Origin: a virus
Strand: one strand, 5' to 3'
IMG/VR virus record: IMGVR_UViG_3300035034_001051
DNA: 39,498 nucleotides
In this document: positions 14,752 through 24,434 of the stretch, piece by piece
Position numbering within the stretch: the stretch's first letter is position 1
How the letters are laid out: each line of letters starts with the position of its first letter
The notes under the pieces: model-generated
The model's input: the letters and a program-made list of their open reading frames with translations, nothing else
Database searches by the model: none
What the model was told of the DNA's origin: nothing
Position numbers and translations under genes: made by a program

Positions 14752-14977
14752 AGTCAATTGGTGCTCCATCATCTCGTTTAAATTTATTCTCAAAAGCCGA
14801 TACAGGGTCTCTTTGGATTTCCTCCATACGAGCTTCACGTTCTTTCTTCTTGTGTATCTTAAGGCCTTTTTCAAAGAGCTTAAGTATCCATAGGATTAGT
14901 TCTACAATTTTCATAAGTGAACCTAAAAGGGACCAATAGGTCCCATAAGAGTTAGTCTTTGTTTTTTGCTTCGCCAT
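14714..14977 (-). CDS. Membrane protein with an N-terminal TM helix and a charged C-terminal domain (87 aa), i-spanin candidate
   Basis: TM segment YWSLLGSLMKIVELILWILKLF followed by a K/E-rich segment. Located directly after the holin candidate. Confidence 0.45.
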   Translation of the reverse strand: MAKQKTKTNSYGTYWSLLGSLMKIVELILWILKLFEKGLKIHKKKEREARMEEIQRDPVSAFENKFKRDDGAPIDYEDSNETREEPK

Positions 14978-15152
14978 GGTTCATGCCAATGACGTCTGCA
15001 ATTTTCTTAACGATACCTTGCACCTTGGATACAATCTTGTCATCCTTAGGTGTCTTAGTGAACCGAGCTACTGTAGCTGCGATACCTACGGCACTGAAGA
15101 TAATACCAAAGATAGCTTCGTAGTTCTCAGTAATGAATGTAATGATTTCCAT
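14952..15152 (-). CDS. Holin candidate (66 aa, single TM, charged C-terminus)
   Basis: MEIITFITENYEAIFGIIFSAVGIAATVARF..., with AAGGAG 7 nt upstream of the ATG at 15152. The track ORF extension to 15302 overlaps the upstream gene. The size is like T7 gp17.5. Confidence 0.55.
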   Translation of the reverse strand: MEIITFITENYEAIFGIIFSAVGIAATVARFTKTPKDDKIVSKVQGIVKKIADVIGMNHGEAKNKD

Positions 15153-15162
15153 AATAGTCTCC

Positions 15163-15678
15163 TTAGACTGTTTCAGTTTCACCCCATTCCAAAGTAAGGA
15201 CGCCTTGAGCATTCTGGGAACCTTGGGATGAGGAAGGGTTTGTAAGTTTAATGTGAAATAAGCTTGGTGGGTAAAATCTATTAACATCCCGTTCAGATGC
15301 AAGTGAGAATGTAGACACCTTTTGTGATGGAGTTTTCAAGACTGCCAAGTCAAGCTCCACTCCCTCCGCCGAAAACGTAGAGTCCCTGTAGACCATCCCT
15401 TGGGCTGCTTTAGCATCTACAAGATCCAAAGGATACACAGTGATCTCAGGTCCGTTGGCATTTAGGGTACTTCCAGAGAGAACCTGATACCTTAGGTCAC
15501 CATTGGATAACGTAATCCTACGGTCGATTAGCAGGAATTTAACAGGAATCTCTGCGCTAAAGTGCTGCGTAGCTCCGTCAGGAATATCAAACTCATAATA
15601 GGCTCGATACGTACGTCCTGCTTTGCGGTATCGTTTAATGTCGAACCTTGAGCTAAGGTTTGGTTGAGTAATTGGCAT
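15163..15678 (-). CDS. Hypothetical protein (171 aa), probably structural
   Basis: ATG start, beta-rich composition, part of the extra cassette between the small terminase and the holin. Confidence 0.55.
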   Translation of the reverse strand: MPITQPNLSSRFDIKRYRKAGRTYRAYYEFDIPDGATQHFSAEIPVKFLLIDRRITLSNGDLRYQVLSGSTLNANGPEITVYPLDLVDAKAAQGMVYRDSTFSAEGVELDLAVLKTPSQKVSTFSLASERDVNRFYPPSLFHIKLTNPSSSQGSQNAQGVLTLEWGETETV

Positions 15679-15682
15679 AGTC

Positions 15683-15901
15683 TTATCCCATATCAGGTTT
15701 AAACCAAGAAGGCCTTACAGGTAAATCAAAGGTTCCCTGGTCTTTAAAGACATCATCAAGAATCTTTAGGTCTTGCCTATAGTTTTTAATATCTGTCTTC
15801 TGGTTTACTGTAAGTTCCTCATAGTTGTCTACAAGCATAATGTAATCCGTCTGCCTTAGCAACCTGTTCTTAAGAATCTTAACATCTACTAATGTCATCA
15901 T
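15683..15901 (-). CDS. Tail-fiber assembly chaperone-like protein (72 aa)
   Basis: LKNRLLRQTDYIMLVDNYEELTVNQKTDIKNYRQDLKIL follows the pattern RxxLLxxSDW..L.D.......W..YRQxLRDi typical of phage tail assembly chaperones. TAATG overlap with the preceding fiber-like gene. Confidence 0.5.
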   Translation of the reverse strand: MMTLVDVKILKNRLLRQTDYIMLVDNYEELTVNQKTDIKNYRQDLKILDDVFKDQGTFDLPVRPSWFKPDMG

Positions 15902-17085
15902 TACTTGGACCTCACGTAGTAATCAAATGTTGGGTCAGGACTCACTAAAGTATAGACCAGGAATGTTGAGGATACAGGCCTCTCAGCTTTGTAAGAGTAT
16001 ACTGTGGCTCCACTTACGTCAGCTACAGAAATTCTACCACCTACGTATGAAGCATCCTTGACTACTGAGGTAGAACTAGTAGACAAAAACAGGTTAGTAA
16101 CTAGACCATCAAAGGTGTAACCTACAAAACCTGTAGTCTGTATCCATCCAAACTGCGAGAGGTTCGGAACAACAGAGACCGGAGTATCAAGAGGGAATGG
16201 AGCTGCACCAGCCGGAGCTGCAAGAGTAGATAGACCGTCAACAGACACTCCAATAACACCTGGGGTATTGACGTAGGTAAGGGGCACAGTAAGATCATTA
16301 GCAATGTAGTGTGACTGACCTGGGTCAAGCTCTCCTGCTGCTGTTGCAGAGAAGGTGCTAAAGTCTGTTGTGCGTGTGACAGGAGCTACATCATACCCTG
16401 AGTCATAGGCTACCATCAAAGCACCTCCAACCTCACCAGCAATAGAGGTTACAAAACCTGTAGTGTTAGTTGTGTCATTAACTGTGCTAAAGGAACTTAG
16501 GTCACCAGGTGCACTCACAGAAATACTTATGGGAGCAGACCCTAGGTTAGTGATAGCTAGGCGGTTACCTGCCCATGACATTGTTCTCCATGCACTAAAG
16601 ACACCTGAAGGAACATTAGGCAAAGAGGTTAGCAGACTTGTAGAAGGTCCAGAGACATCAAGCTCATAAAGCTCAGTGGCTGTTACCATAAGAAGGCTTG
16701 AAGTATTTAGTTTATTGTACATCAGACCAACTAAAGGAGCAGCTGGAAGATTTACTGTCCAATCAGTATTAAATATCTGCCCACCATCGTCTGAGGACCT
16801 TAGAGTTTCTTCAGTCGCATTGTACTTAAAAAGTAGAGACCCATTGTAGTTTTGCTGGGTAAGCGCAATACCTCCAGCTGGGTCTGAATAAGGGACTTCT
16901 GAGTCTCCATCAATTAAGTTTGGAGGAGCATTATACTCAAAGCCAGGCTTGCCTGCTAGCTTAGGATAGCTACTTGTTTGAGCGGACGATCCATCCAACT
17001 TAAGGTAGTCACTCCCAGGGTCAAAACTAAAGAGACTTACAGCCCCTAAAGGATCACCTGAGGATTTATCTTTATATAAAGGCAT
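15901..17085 (-). CDS. Putative second tail fiber / receptor-binding protein (394 aa)
   Basis: The N-terminus PLGAVSLFSFDPGSDYLKLDGSSAQTSSYPKLAG resembles the phage tail-collar motif (G.i.lF....P.G.l.cDG..l....YP.L). The remainder is S/T/G-rich and beta-like. A chaperone-like gene follows it. Confidence 0.5.
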   Translation of the reverse strand: MPLYKDKSSGDPLGAVSLFSFDPGSDYLKLDGSSAQTSSYPKLAGKPGFEYNAPPNLIDGDSEVPYSDPAGGIALTQQNYNGSLLFKYNATEETLRSSDDGGQIFNTDWTVNLPAAPLVGLMYNKLNTSSLLMVTATELYELDVSGPSTSLLTSLPNVPSGVFSAWRTMSWAGNRLAITNLGSAPISISVSAPGDLSSFSTVNDTTNTTGFVTSIAGEVGGALMVAYDSGYDVAPVTRTTDFSTFSATAAGELDPGQSHYIANDLTVPLTYVNTPGVIGVSVDGLSTLAAPAGAAPFPLDTPVSVVPNLSQFGWIQTTGFVGYTFDGLVTNLFLSTSSTSVVKDASYVGGRISVADVSGATVYSYKAERPVSSTFLVYTLVSPDPTFDYYVRSK

Positions 17086-17094
17086 ATATGTTCC

Positions 17095-17403
17095 TTAAGA
17101 ATTTGAGGTGTTTGTTACACCATTAGTGAGTAAAAGGACGTCTGAGGAAACAGTTGCAGTACTCAAAGTCGCTACGCGAATCCTTGAGGTTGGTGGAATG
17201 AACGGATCAAAGTAATCTCCAGGGCCCATCTCAATAGAACTAAGCTCTGTAGGGGTACCTTCACCAAAGTATAGGAAAATATTATCTTCGCCTTTGTTCT
17301 GAATTTGCACCAGACTCCTATAAGAATCTTGGGGTATCAGTTCAACAAAGGCTCCGATAGGTGCATTAGTTATGCTAGGGTTATATACGGAACCTTGCTT
17401 CAT
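17095..17403 (-). CDS. Hypothetical protein (102 aa)
   Basis: ATG start, coding strand. No motif recognised. Confidence 0.55.
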   Translation of the reverse strand: MKQGSVYNPSITNAPIGAFVELIPQDSYRSLVQIQNKGEDNIFLYFGEGTPTELSSIEMGPGDYFDPFIPPTSRIRVATLSTATVSSDVLLLTNGVTNTSNS

Positions 17404-17412
17404 GGTAATTCC

Positions 17413-17640
17413 TTAATGGTTATGTAGTTGTACAGGCTTAGGTAAACCTGCTGTTTTTGAGAGGCCGGTGACCCTCTCATTCTTAGCTCCGTCACAATTA
17501 ATCCCCTGGTCCTTAAGGAAGTCTGAGACAACCTTAAGATCCTTTGAGTCTATCTCATCAGGCGGGCGCTTTAGGACTTTCTCGAAGGCGTCTAGAAGTA
17601 CCTCAAAGAGGTCTTCGGCCTTTTGTCTGCGGTTACTCAT
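17413..17640 (-). CDS. Terminase small subunit candidate (T7 gp18-like, 75 aa)
   Basis: Size, helical charged composition and position after the tail fiber and small membrane protein. No strict motif. Confidence 0.45.
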   Translation of the reverse strand: MSNRRQKAEDLFEVLLDAFEKVLKRPPDEIDSKDLKVVSDFLKDQGINCDGAKNERVTGLSKTAGLPKPVQLHNH

Positions 17641-17894
17641 GTTATAAAGTCCTTTACAAAGGGTAGGATAAAGCTTACAGCCACTGATACGGCGGTAGCC
17701 ATACCAATGATCTTGGAAGTTGCGTTCTCAACCTTCTTCATACGATTATCCATATCAGCAATCTCTCGATACTGACGGTCACTCATATGTGTTAGGTTTT
17801 CCACTTTAGTCTCAAGACGAGTGGTACTCTCCAGTAACTTCATTATTGCCTCGTAGGTGCGAGTGTCTGTGTGATTCATTTCTTCCTGGCTCAT
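17637..17894 (-). CDS. Small protein with a coiled-coil N-terminus and a C-terminal TM helix (85 aa)
   Basis: C-terminal IIGMATAVSVAVSFILPFV. ATGA overlaps at both ends. Occupies the position of T7 gene 17.5. Confidence 0.55.
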   Translation of the reverse strand: MSQEEMNHTDTRTYEAIMKLLESTTRLETKVENLTHMSDRQYREIADMDNRMKKVENATSKIIGMATAVSVAVSFILPFVKDFIT

Positions 17895-19795
17895 GAGGCC
17901 CTAACCTTAATGAACGTCTTAAGTCCATCTCGCTTATTGTTACCTAAGAATTCAGGCAGGATAAACTGAGAGGAACTCTCTGTAAGATCAATAATCTCAA
18001 CAGCTTTACCATTAGCTAAATCCTTCCCACCCAGAATAAGGGTATCGTCTTTATAGTCAATGCTAAGAATATCTGTCATAATACTGTTTAAGGTAGATGG
18101 CTCTATCGTTTTAAAGTTATCTACAGTATAGCGCAGTCCAGTACTTGTTGCAATAACCCAGAGGTTTCCTGCAATCCATTTAACCGGGCCTGTAATGTCT
18201 ATACCACCAAGGCTCTCAGTGTAAATAAGGTTATCTAGCAATGTATCTGGGTCAAGGTTCAATGCCCCTAATAAATCACCTCCTCCATTGATAGATGCGT
18301 TGCGAATATAACCGTTAAGCTTAGAGATGTCAAAGGCTTGTACATCATCGAAGAGGGGTTCGTCACCGTTAACTATAGCAAGTCTAGTACCAAACACAGC
18401 ATAAGAAAGAAGGTTGCCATCTGATGATACAATAATGCGATCAACTTCATCTATAGGTGAGATAGCAGTAATTAAGCCAGGACTTTCAAAGGTTCCTGAG
18501 ATAGCTTCCCATATAACACCGTTACTTGAGCGCTCAACAGCACCATTAATATCTACAATGTAGACATGCCCGTTGAAGAGGAACTGGTCCTTAATCTCTG
18601 AAAGTCCTGTAGCAACATAGGAGTAAGTTTCACCTCCATCTAAGGAGTAAGCCATCTGTCCATCGTTATCTCCAAGGGAACTTTGGTCACCAGGGATTAA
18701 TAGGGTGCCATCAATTTCTACAAAGCGCTTAACCTGCCCTCTGATATGTGCAGAGCCATTATCAGCTGCAATCCAGGTTTCACCATCAGCTGAGTAACAA
18801 AGCTCATTCCATGTGCCTCCTCCAGGTTGGATAACATCAGCTTTAACATATGTTCCAAAGGAAGTCTTAAAGGCAATGGTCTGGTCATTGGTAGTATTAT
18901 CTGCCAAGACTCGTGTGTTAAAACTTGTAAAGTACCTGCACTTATCACCTAAGGTATTATATAAGTCTTCCTTGGTTGCTTTGGTTGTAGGTAATCCTGT
19001 GGATTCTACAAAGTTATTGGCGTTAGGGTTTGTGTAGCTTTCTACCAAAGAGCCAATACCGAACAGGTCAAAGTTATCAAGCCTTGCCTTAAGGGTCTCA
19101 GGGGTTACCGCAGTGTCACCTTCAGTCCCTTCAAGTACAGCCGCTTCAGTGGCCAGCTTAATGAGGCCTGCATCATCTACAGTAGCCTCAGGCAAAGCAT
19201 CTATGGCAGCCTTAAGAGTACTTGGAGTAATTGCAGCAGTAGCATTAAGTCCGTCCAAAGCCTCTTGGTTAGTAGCTAGGCGAATAATCCCACGGAAGGC
19301 AGTTGTTGCAAAGCCTACATCAATGTCCCCAAGGACAGCATTAAGGAGTTTTTGGTCCACATCAATAAGACGTGCCAGGTCATTATCATTACTAGGTACA
19401 CCTGAGTTAATGGCAATGTATCCGTTAAGGTCCAGGTTCTGGAAGAGCCTATTGTCAGACCCAGGAAAGCGTCCCAAAGAATTACTTAGAGCGTCTATGT
19501 TCTCCTGTATAAGGTAAATAAGTTGGTTAGAGTCTAGATCAAAATCGTCTGCCTGCTGAATAGAACCATTCACATAGTCAACAAGCCTCTCTTTGGGAGT
19601 TGTCCGGAAGACCTGAATGACCCCACCATTAGATGGAGCAGGTGAAATGCTGATGATGTTAGACGAGGTAAAGCTAAAGGACGCAGGGGAACCTTCAACT
19701 GTGACCGAGACATGGTCCTGGTCAATGAATGGGAACGAGATTACGTAACTTGTGGTTACCCCGTCCCCTATGTACTGCTGTGAGCTAAAAGCCAT
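17891..19795 (-). CDS. Tail fiber (T7 gp17-like N-terminal adaptor; divergent C-terminal Asp-box/beta-propeller-like domain, 634 aa)
   Basis: The N-terminus YIGDGVTTSYVISFPFIDQDHVSVTV...FRTTPKERLVDYVNGSIQQADDFD parallels the T7 gp17 N-terminal domain. The C-terminal half carries repeated SxDxGxT(W/Y)-like boxes (YSADGETW, YSLDGGETY, SSNGVIW, SSDGNLL). Confidence 0.85.
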   Translation of the reverse strand: MAFSSQQYIGDGVTTSYVISFPFIDQDHVSVTVEGSPASFSFTSSNIISISPAPSNGGVIQVFRTTPKERLVDYVNGSIQQADDFDLDSNQLIYLIQENIDALSNSLGRFPGSDNRLFQNLDLNGYIAINSGVPSNDNDLARLIDVDQKLLNAVLGDIDVGFATTAFRGIIRLATNQEALDGLNATAAITPSTLKAAIDALPEATVDDAGLIKLATEAAVLEGTEGDTAVTPETLKARLDNFDLFGIGSLVESYTNPNANNFVESTGLPTTKATKEDLYNTLGDKCRYFTSFNTRVLADNTTNDQTIAFKTSFGTYVKADVIQPGGGTWNELCYSADGETWIAADNGSAHIRGQVKRFVEIDGTLLIPGDQSSLGDNDGQMAYSLDGGETYSYVATGLSEIKDQFLFNGHVYIVDINGAVERSSNGVIWEAISGTFESPGLITAISPIDEVDRIIVSSDGNLLSYAVFGTRLAIVNGDEPLFDDVQAFDISKLNGYIRNASINGGGDLLGALNLDPDTLLDNLIYTESLGGIDITGPVKWIAGNLWVIATSTGLRYTVDNFKTIEPSTLNSIMTDILSIDYKDDTLILGGKDLANGKAVEIIDLTESSSQFILPEFLGNNKRDGLKTFIKVRAS

Positions 19796-19806
19796 GAGCT
19801 TCTCCT

Positions 19807-19823
19807 AAAGGGCCCGTAGGCCC
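19807..19823 (-). terminator. GC hairpin with a UACG loop between the gp16-like gene and the tail fiber
   Basis: Minus strand reads GGGCC-UACG-GGCCC followed by UUU and then the fiber RBS. The U tract is short, so it may only be a partial terminator or a stabiliser. Confidence 0.4.
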
Positions 19824-19831
19824 TATGTTAA

Positions 19832-22800
19832 TTAAAGGTTATCAAAGTTTCCAAAGGTTTCCAAGATGGACTCCTGTTTTCTACTTTGTGGAATGTCAAG
19901 GGCATCACCAAGGGCTTTACCTGGAGCAGCCGTAAGCCACTTTGGAGCGAAGGTGTCTACAAGTCTAGCATATTCGTCCCTAGATGCGCTAGTAGTGGGG
20001 TCAAGAGTTAATGAACCTAAAGCACCTGCACCCTCAACAACATCGTAGACACTTTGTATCATCATAGGAGTGTTAGTTCCTGTATTACCATATTGACTTA
20101 AGAAGGGATTACCTGTGAGCATCTGGTATGCAGTGTCAGCCAGGGTCATAGGCAGGGCAAATATAGACGTTTGTCTCATTCCTATCGCAATACGTTGTGA
20201 CATACTGTAGTCTTTCATACGGTTTTCACGTCCCTCAAGAGCAGCCCTTGCAGCTTCCCTAGCATAGGCCATAGCTGCGCCAACGGCTGTCTGAGTTATC
20301 ATAGTAACTGCTGACTGCATATCTCTTTGAGAAATATCATACTTGAACTGGTTGTTGTAAGTGCCCAGCATGAAACTCTTGAACTGTCCAAACCAACTAA
20401 ATAGTTGATTATTTATTAGGCCGGGCATCTGACCAAATCTTGATGTTTGAACTTGCCTATCAGCTAGGCGCATTACTTTTACAACAAACTCATCAGCAAG
20501 CTTAGGGTTCTGTTTCTTAAGGCCATCATAGTCAAACCCCGTTACTACACCTCCCTTAACTGTGATAAAGTTATCAGCCTCCTTTAGCTCATCAATAAAC
20601 TGTGAGTCAATTCCAATGTCTTTGTACCTTTGTCCTTCAAGAGCCCTTGGGTTCTTCCTTGAGAGAGTTACAAGGTTCTGGAATGTAGAGGCTACTGACA
20701 ATCTACGGATCAGCATATCCACAGGCTTGTATGAGTAACTTGTAGCATGCGCCCAGCCAGAGGCTAAATTCTCAGCACTGTTAAGGGCTCTTTGAGTATT
20801 ACTTGCAGCATACTCTCCTGGAGCACCATAGAAGCTTTTAGGGCCTTTAGTGCCTCCAGAGAAAATACCGTTCTCCATGTCTCCCATGATATTGTAGAAA
20901 GGTGACATCGTCTCAAGGCCCGCAGCATGTAGATCTCTTACCAGACCATTCTCAAGAGGAAGGCCTGTAGCCATGTCCTTTATACTACGCATAACTCCAG
21001 GGAGTACCTTCATAGTTGCGGTAACTCCGTTACGTGTCATAGCAGTGGCAAGCTCAACAGGAAGTGAAAACACAAGGAAGCCTAACTTCGCAGCGGCTGT
21101 AAGCTTCTTCAAGGTTCTCTTTATGCTATTAAGTGACCCTGAATCATCATACTGTGCCTGACCTTTAAAGTGTTTCCTGGTCATTTCAATACCATCCTTA
21201 GCTCTGGTAACTTGTGATGCTGGTAGTTTTTCAGCACGTTTACTTGCTTCGTTCATGGCCACATCAAACTCATCGTAGTTCTTATACCCTTTCTTCGCTA
21301 AGCCTATTGCCTTTGAATATCTGTTTATTGTGTCATGCATAACCCTTTCAATATCATCAGAGAATAAATCACCAACTCTTACCGTCTGCTCTTCACCTCC
21401 TTCACGTCCTGCCAGTTTACGGCTGTATGACATGTCCATATCAACACGTTCTTTAAAGATGTCTTGGCTACCTGCTGAACCTTTCTTTCGGTTCTTAAGG
21501 AGACTTTCTACAATAGCCCTATCTTCAGGGTCTAACTTGCGTAAGGTTTCTTCAGTAGCATTAACAACTGCATCGTCTAATGTTTCTCCTTTAATGCCAG
21601 AGACATTGTTAGGCTCCCTTCCTGTAGCTCGTGCAGTCTGGTTTTCAACATAAAGTCTTGATAGGGCCCTTGACTGAGAAGCACCAGAAGTTTCAAGAAT
21701 CTCCTCAATAACTTCATCAATAGGACGCTTCAGTATGTCAGCTCTTTCAGCCTTAAGAGTATCCAGCTTCTTTTCAAGGTTAGCCTTTTTAGATACACTA
21801 GCCTTGTCACCTAGAGCTGCTATACGCTTTTCAACTCCAGTTATCTTAAAGTCTACATCGGCTGTTATATTCCTTTTAAGAACAGCACCTTGAAATACCT
21901 TAGCAACATCGTCAGATTCAAACATGTACTTTGCACTTCTCCAGGCTGAGTCATTGCGTACCCTACTGAATGCACTAAGTTCTAAATCATCTACTATCTT
22001 AGCTTCCCATCCATTATCAATAAGATCTTTACGCAAGTCACCTACAAGCTTTTTATACTCGTTACCAAATGATACAGCAGCTGGATGGAAGGTTGTAGCC
22101 GCATTAGCATCAGTGTCTACAACCTTAAGGTACTCAGCCGTCTCGTGGGAGAACTTTCGGTATTTAGGCATGGCTGTAGCAAACTGTCGATTACCCCAGC
22201 GCCTAATACCCCCAACACCTTCAGATTTCATGTACTCATTAAACCAGGTCTGACGAGCCCCAAAGAACTTTGAGTTGGCCTTTTGGTAAGCCTGCTCTGC
22301 AAGGAAGTCAGCACCAGAAGCTACAGTTTTACCTGAAATTGCTTTTTGGGTAGAGGTGAGGAGGACTCCCATAATGTCACTAATATCATCACCATACCTG
22401 GTAAATTCCTGTCCAAGGTCCTGAAGGAATACATCTTTCCATGCACCTTCAGCCTCCCCAGGGTTGTCATCGAGAATCTTGAAGGTGCTAGGAGGTATAT
22501 CCTTAAAGTCTGTGTAGGACCCATCAGTGTTCTGATAGGAGTACTTATCAACAAACTCCATCATCTCATCATCACCTGCATCTTCAGCAGCCCTACGAAT
22601 GTCACGTAAGTCATTAAGCTTGTAAGGAATTGATGTTGTTGAATCAAAGATACCCTCAGGGTCTATCTCACTATGACGAGCTTTGTGGGCCTTGGCTCCA
22701 GCATACTTTAAGGGTGCCATGTCAATGACTTCGTCAGAATCAAACTTTTCATAAGCAGTCCTGGCAACACGCATCTCCTCAGCCTTTGCGTCGTAGTTCT

Positions 22801-24421
22801 TGAGACGATCGGTTGCCTCAACTTCTTTTTTTGTCCACTTGCTAACTTCAGACTCCAAGGCATCTAGCTCTTTTTTAAGAGGGTCAATGTTCAGTTCCCT
22901 TGAAAGAGTTCTGAACTCGCCTTTTACAGAATCATCTGCAAGCTTACGAGCAGCTACTAAGTTGTCAGCCTCAGCCTTTCCTTTTTCACCTTTACCAAAG
23001 ACTTCCTCAATATCTGTTTTCTTTGTAACAGCTTGTACACTCTCTCTACTAAGTCCAAACTTTGTAGATATTTCTTGCTCTTTCCCTTTTATAAATGAAG
23101 TAATAGAGTCAGCATCATCAGGATCAATCCCTGCACTCCTGGCTTGCTTAGAGAAGAACTCCCTTTGTTTTTCTGTAAGGCCTTTACCAAAAGACCTTGT
23201 TAGATCAGCCTCAGCAGCTTTTATCTCAGAACGCTTAGAGCCTGCCTGAGCTTCATAGTCATCTTTCCTGCGCTTGATGTTTTCAAGAAGCTCCCTTGTT
23301 TCATCAGCCTTTGTGATAGCGTTTGTTTCAAGATCTTGTTGAGCCTTTAGCACATGACCCACTTTAGGTTGTGATGTGAGCACTGAAGCTTCAACATAGG
23401 ATTCCATTTCTGCTCGTGTAAGACCCCCGTTATCATACCCGCGAGAAGGTCCACCTGTAGTGTTCGCTCCTTCATGAGAAACGTCTTCAACAACCTCACC
23501 AGCTCCATTAACCTTTTTAGTTCCTTGTAGCTGAGGAAGGTCAATCCTATTAAAGGCTCCATTAAGAACACCCCCAAGGATGGCCATACTAATCTGATCG
23601 TCAGCTGGACTGATACTTGCAAAATCCATAGAGGCTTTGTAAATGTAACCTTCAGCGGCTCCAGTAATACCCCTGCGCACTATAGTACTCTGAGTAGCTT
23701 GAATCCCTTTGGCTGATCTAGTGAGACCAGCAGCGGCTGCTTTACGTACCCCAATGGCCATAGAATTTAGTTGGAAGGTCTTTGCTCCCTTAGCTACTGT
23801 TGAGGAAGCTCTTAAAGCATTACCCGCAGTAGCAAGGACACGAGCACTGCTAGGGAGTGCACCCAACCCCAAGGCCATCTCGCCACCACCAAAGATGAGA
23901 CTTGTGGTCAAAGTCTTTCCAGGGGCCCTTGCAAAGGCCTCTTGGTTTTGTTTAGACTCTTGAGCCCGAAGTATCATCATCATAGCATGGTCAGCATTCT
24001 TTGAATCTTGAGCTATTTTTATAAGCTTTTCTTCAGGAATTCCTGTAGCAAACTTTTGGAAATCCACCAGACCCTCTGAATCAGGACCTTTAAGCTCCTC
24101 TGAGCTAGGCCCCCTAAAGATAGCCTTAAATCCATCCCAGTTAGGGTCCTTTGCATCTGAGGCACTTAAGCGAGCTTGAGTTAACGCAGAGCCCAATAGG
24201 GTATTTTCATGCATAACCCTCTGTGCTGTCTCATCCCAGTCAGGGCCTACTTGATCAGTCATTCGCTTAACAGCATCTTGACGGCGTCTAGTAGTTTCAA
24301 AGTCTACCTGGTCAAAGTACTCTGACTCCTTCCAGACTTCCTGTGAGGTATCTGCATCACTCTTCTTACGGAGATCTTGAGATAACTCTTTCATCAGCTG
24401 TTCTTCATTTTCTTGAATCAT
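19832..24421 (-). CDS. Internal virion protein D (T7 gp16-like, 1529 aa)
   Basis: Largest ORF, positioned immediately before the tail fiber as in T7. No lytic transglycosylase motif was recognised by eye. Confidence 0.75.
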   Translation of the reverse strand: MIQENEEQLMKELSQDLRKKSDADTSQEVWKESEYFDQVDFETTRRRQDAVKRMTDQVGPDWDETAQRVMHENTLLGSALTQARLSASDAKDPNWDGFKAIFRGPSSEELKGPDSEGLVDFQKFATGIPEEKLIKIAQDSKNADHAMMMILRAQESKQNQEAFARAPGKTLTTSLIFGGGEMALGLGALPSSARVLATAGNALRASSTVAKGAKTFQLNSMAIGVRKAAAAGLTRSAKGIQATQSTIVRRGITGAAEGYIYKASMDFASISPADDQISMAILGGVLNGAFNRIDLPQLQGTKKVNGAGEVVEDVSHEGANTTGGPSRGYDNGGLTRAEMESYVEASVLTSQPKVGHVLKAQQDLETNAITKADETRELLENIKRRKDDYEAQAGSKRSEIKAAEADLTRSFGKGLTEKQREFFSKQARSAGIDPDDADSITSFIKGKEQEISTKFGLSRESVQAVTKKTDIEEVFGKGEKGKAEADNLVAARKLADDSVKGEFRTLSRELNIDPLKKELDALESEVSKWTKKEVEATDRLKNYDAKAEEMRVARTAYEKFDSDEVIDMAPLKYAGAKAHKARHSEIDPEGIFDSTTSIPYKLNDLRDIRRAAEDAGDDEMMEFVDKYSYQNTDGSYTDFKDIPPSTFKILDDNPGEAEGAWKDVFLQDLGQEFTRYGDDISDIMGVLLTSTQKAISGKTVASGADFLAEQAYQKANSKFFGARQTWFNEYMKSEGVGGIRRWGNRQFATAMPKYRKFSHETAEYLKVVDTDANAATTFHPAAVSFGNEYKKLVGDLRKDLIDNGWEAKIVDDLELSAFSRVRNDSAWRSAKYMFESDDVAKVFQGAVLKRNITADVDFKITGVEKRIAALGDKASVSKKANLEKKLDTLKAERADILKRPIDEVIEEILETSGASQSRALSRLYVENQTARATGREPNNVSGIKGETLDDAVVNATEETLRKLDPEDRAIVESLLKNRKKGSAGSQDIFKERVDMDMSYSRKLAGREGGEEQTVRVGDLFSDDIERVMHDTINRYSKAIGLAKKGYKNYDEFDVAMNEASKRAEKLPASQVTRAKDGIEMTRKHFKGQAQYDDSGSLNSIKRTLKKLTAAAKLGFLVFSLPVELATAMTRNGVTATMKVLPGVMRSIKDMATGLPLENGLVRDLHAAGLETMSPFYNIMGDMENGIFSGGTKGPKSFYGAPGEYAASNTQRALNSAENLASGWAHATSYSYKPVDMLIRRLSVASTFQNLVTLSRKNPRALEGQRYKDIGIDSQFIDELKEADNFITVKGGVVTGFDYDGLKKQNPKLADEFVVKVMRLADRQVQTSRFGQMPGLINNQLFSWFGQFKSFMLGTYNNQFKYDISQRDMQSAVTMITQTAVGAAMAYAREAARAALEGRENRMKDYSMSQRIAIGMRQTSIFALPMTLADTAYQMLTGNPFLSQYGNTGTNTPMMIQSVYDVVEGAGALGSLTLDPTTSASRDEYARLVDTFAPKWLTAAPGKALGDALDIPQSRKQESILETFGNFDNL

Positions 24422-24434
24422 TGTAGAGCCTTTA

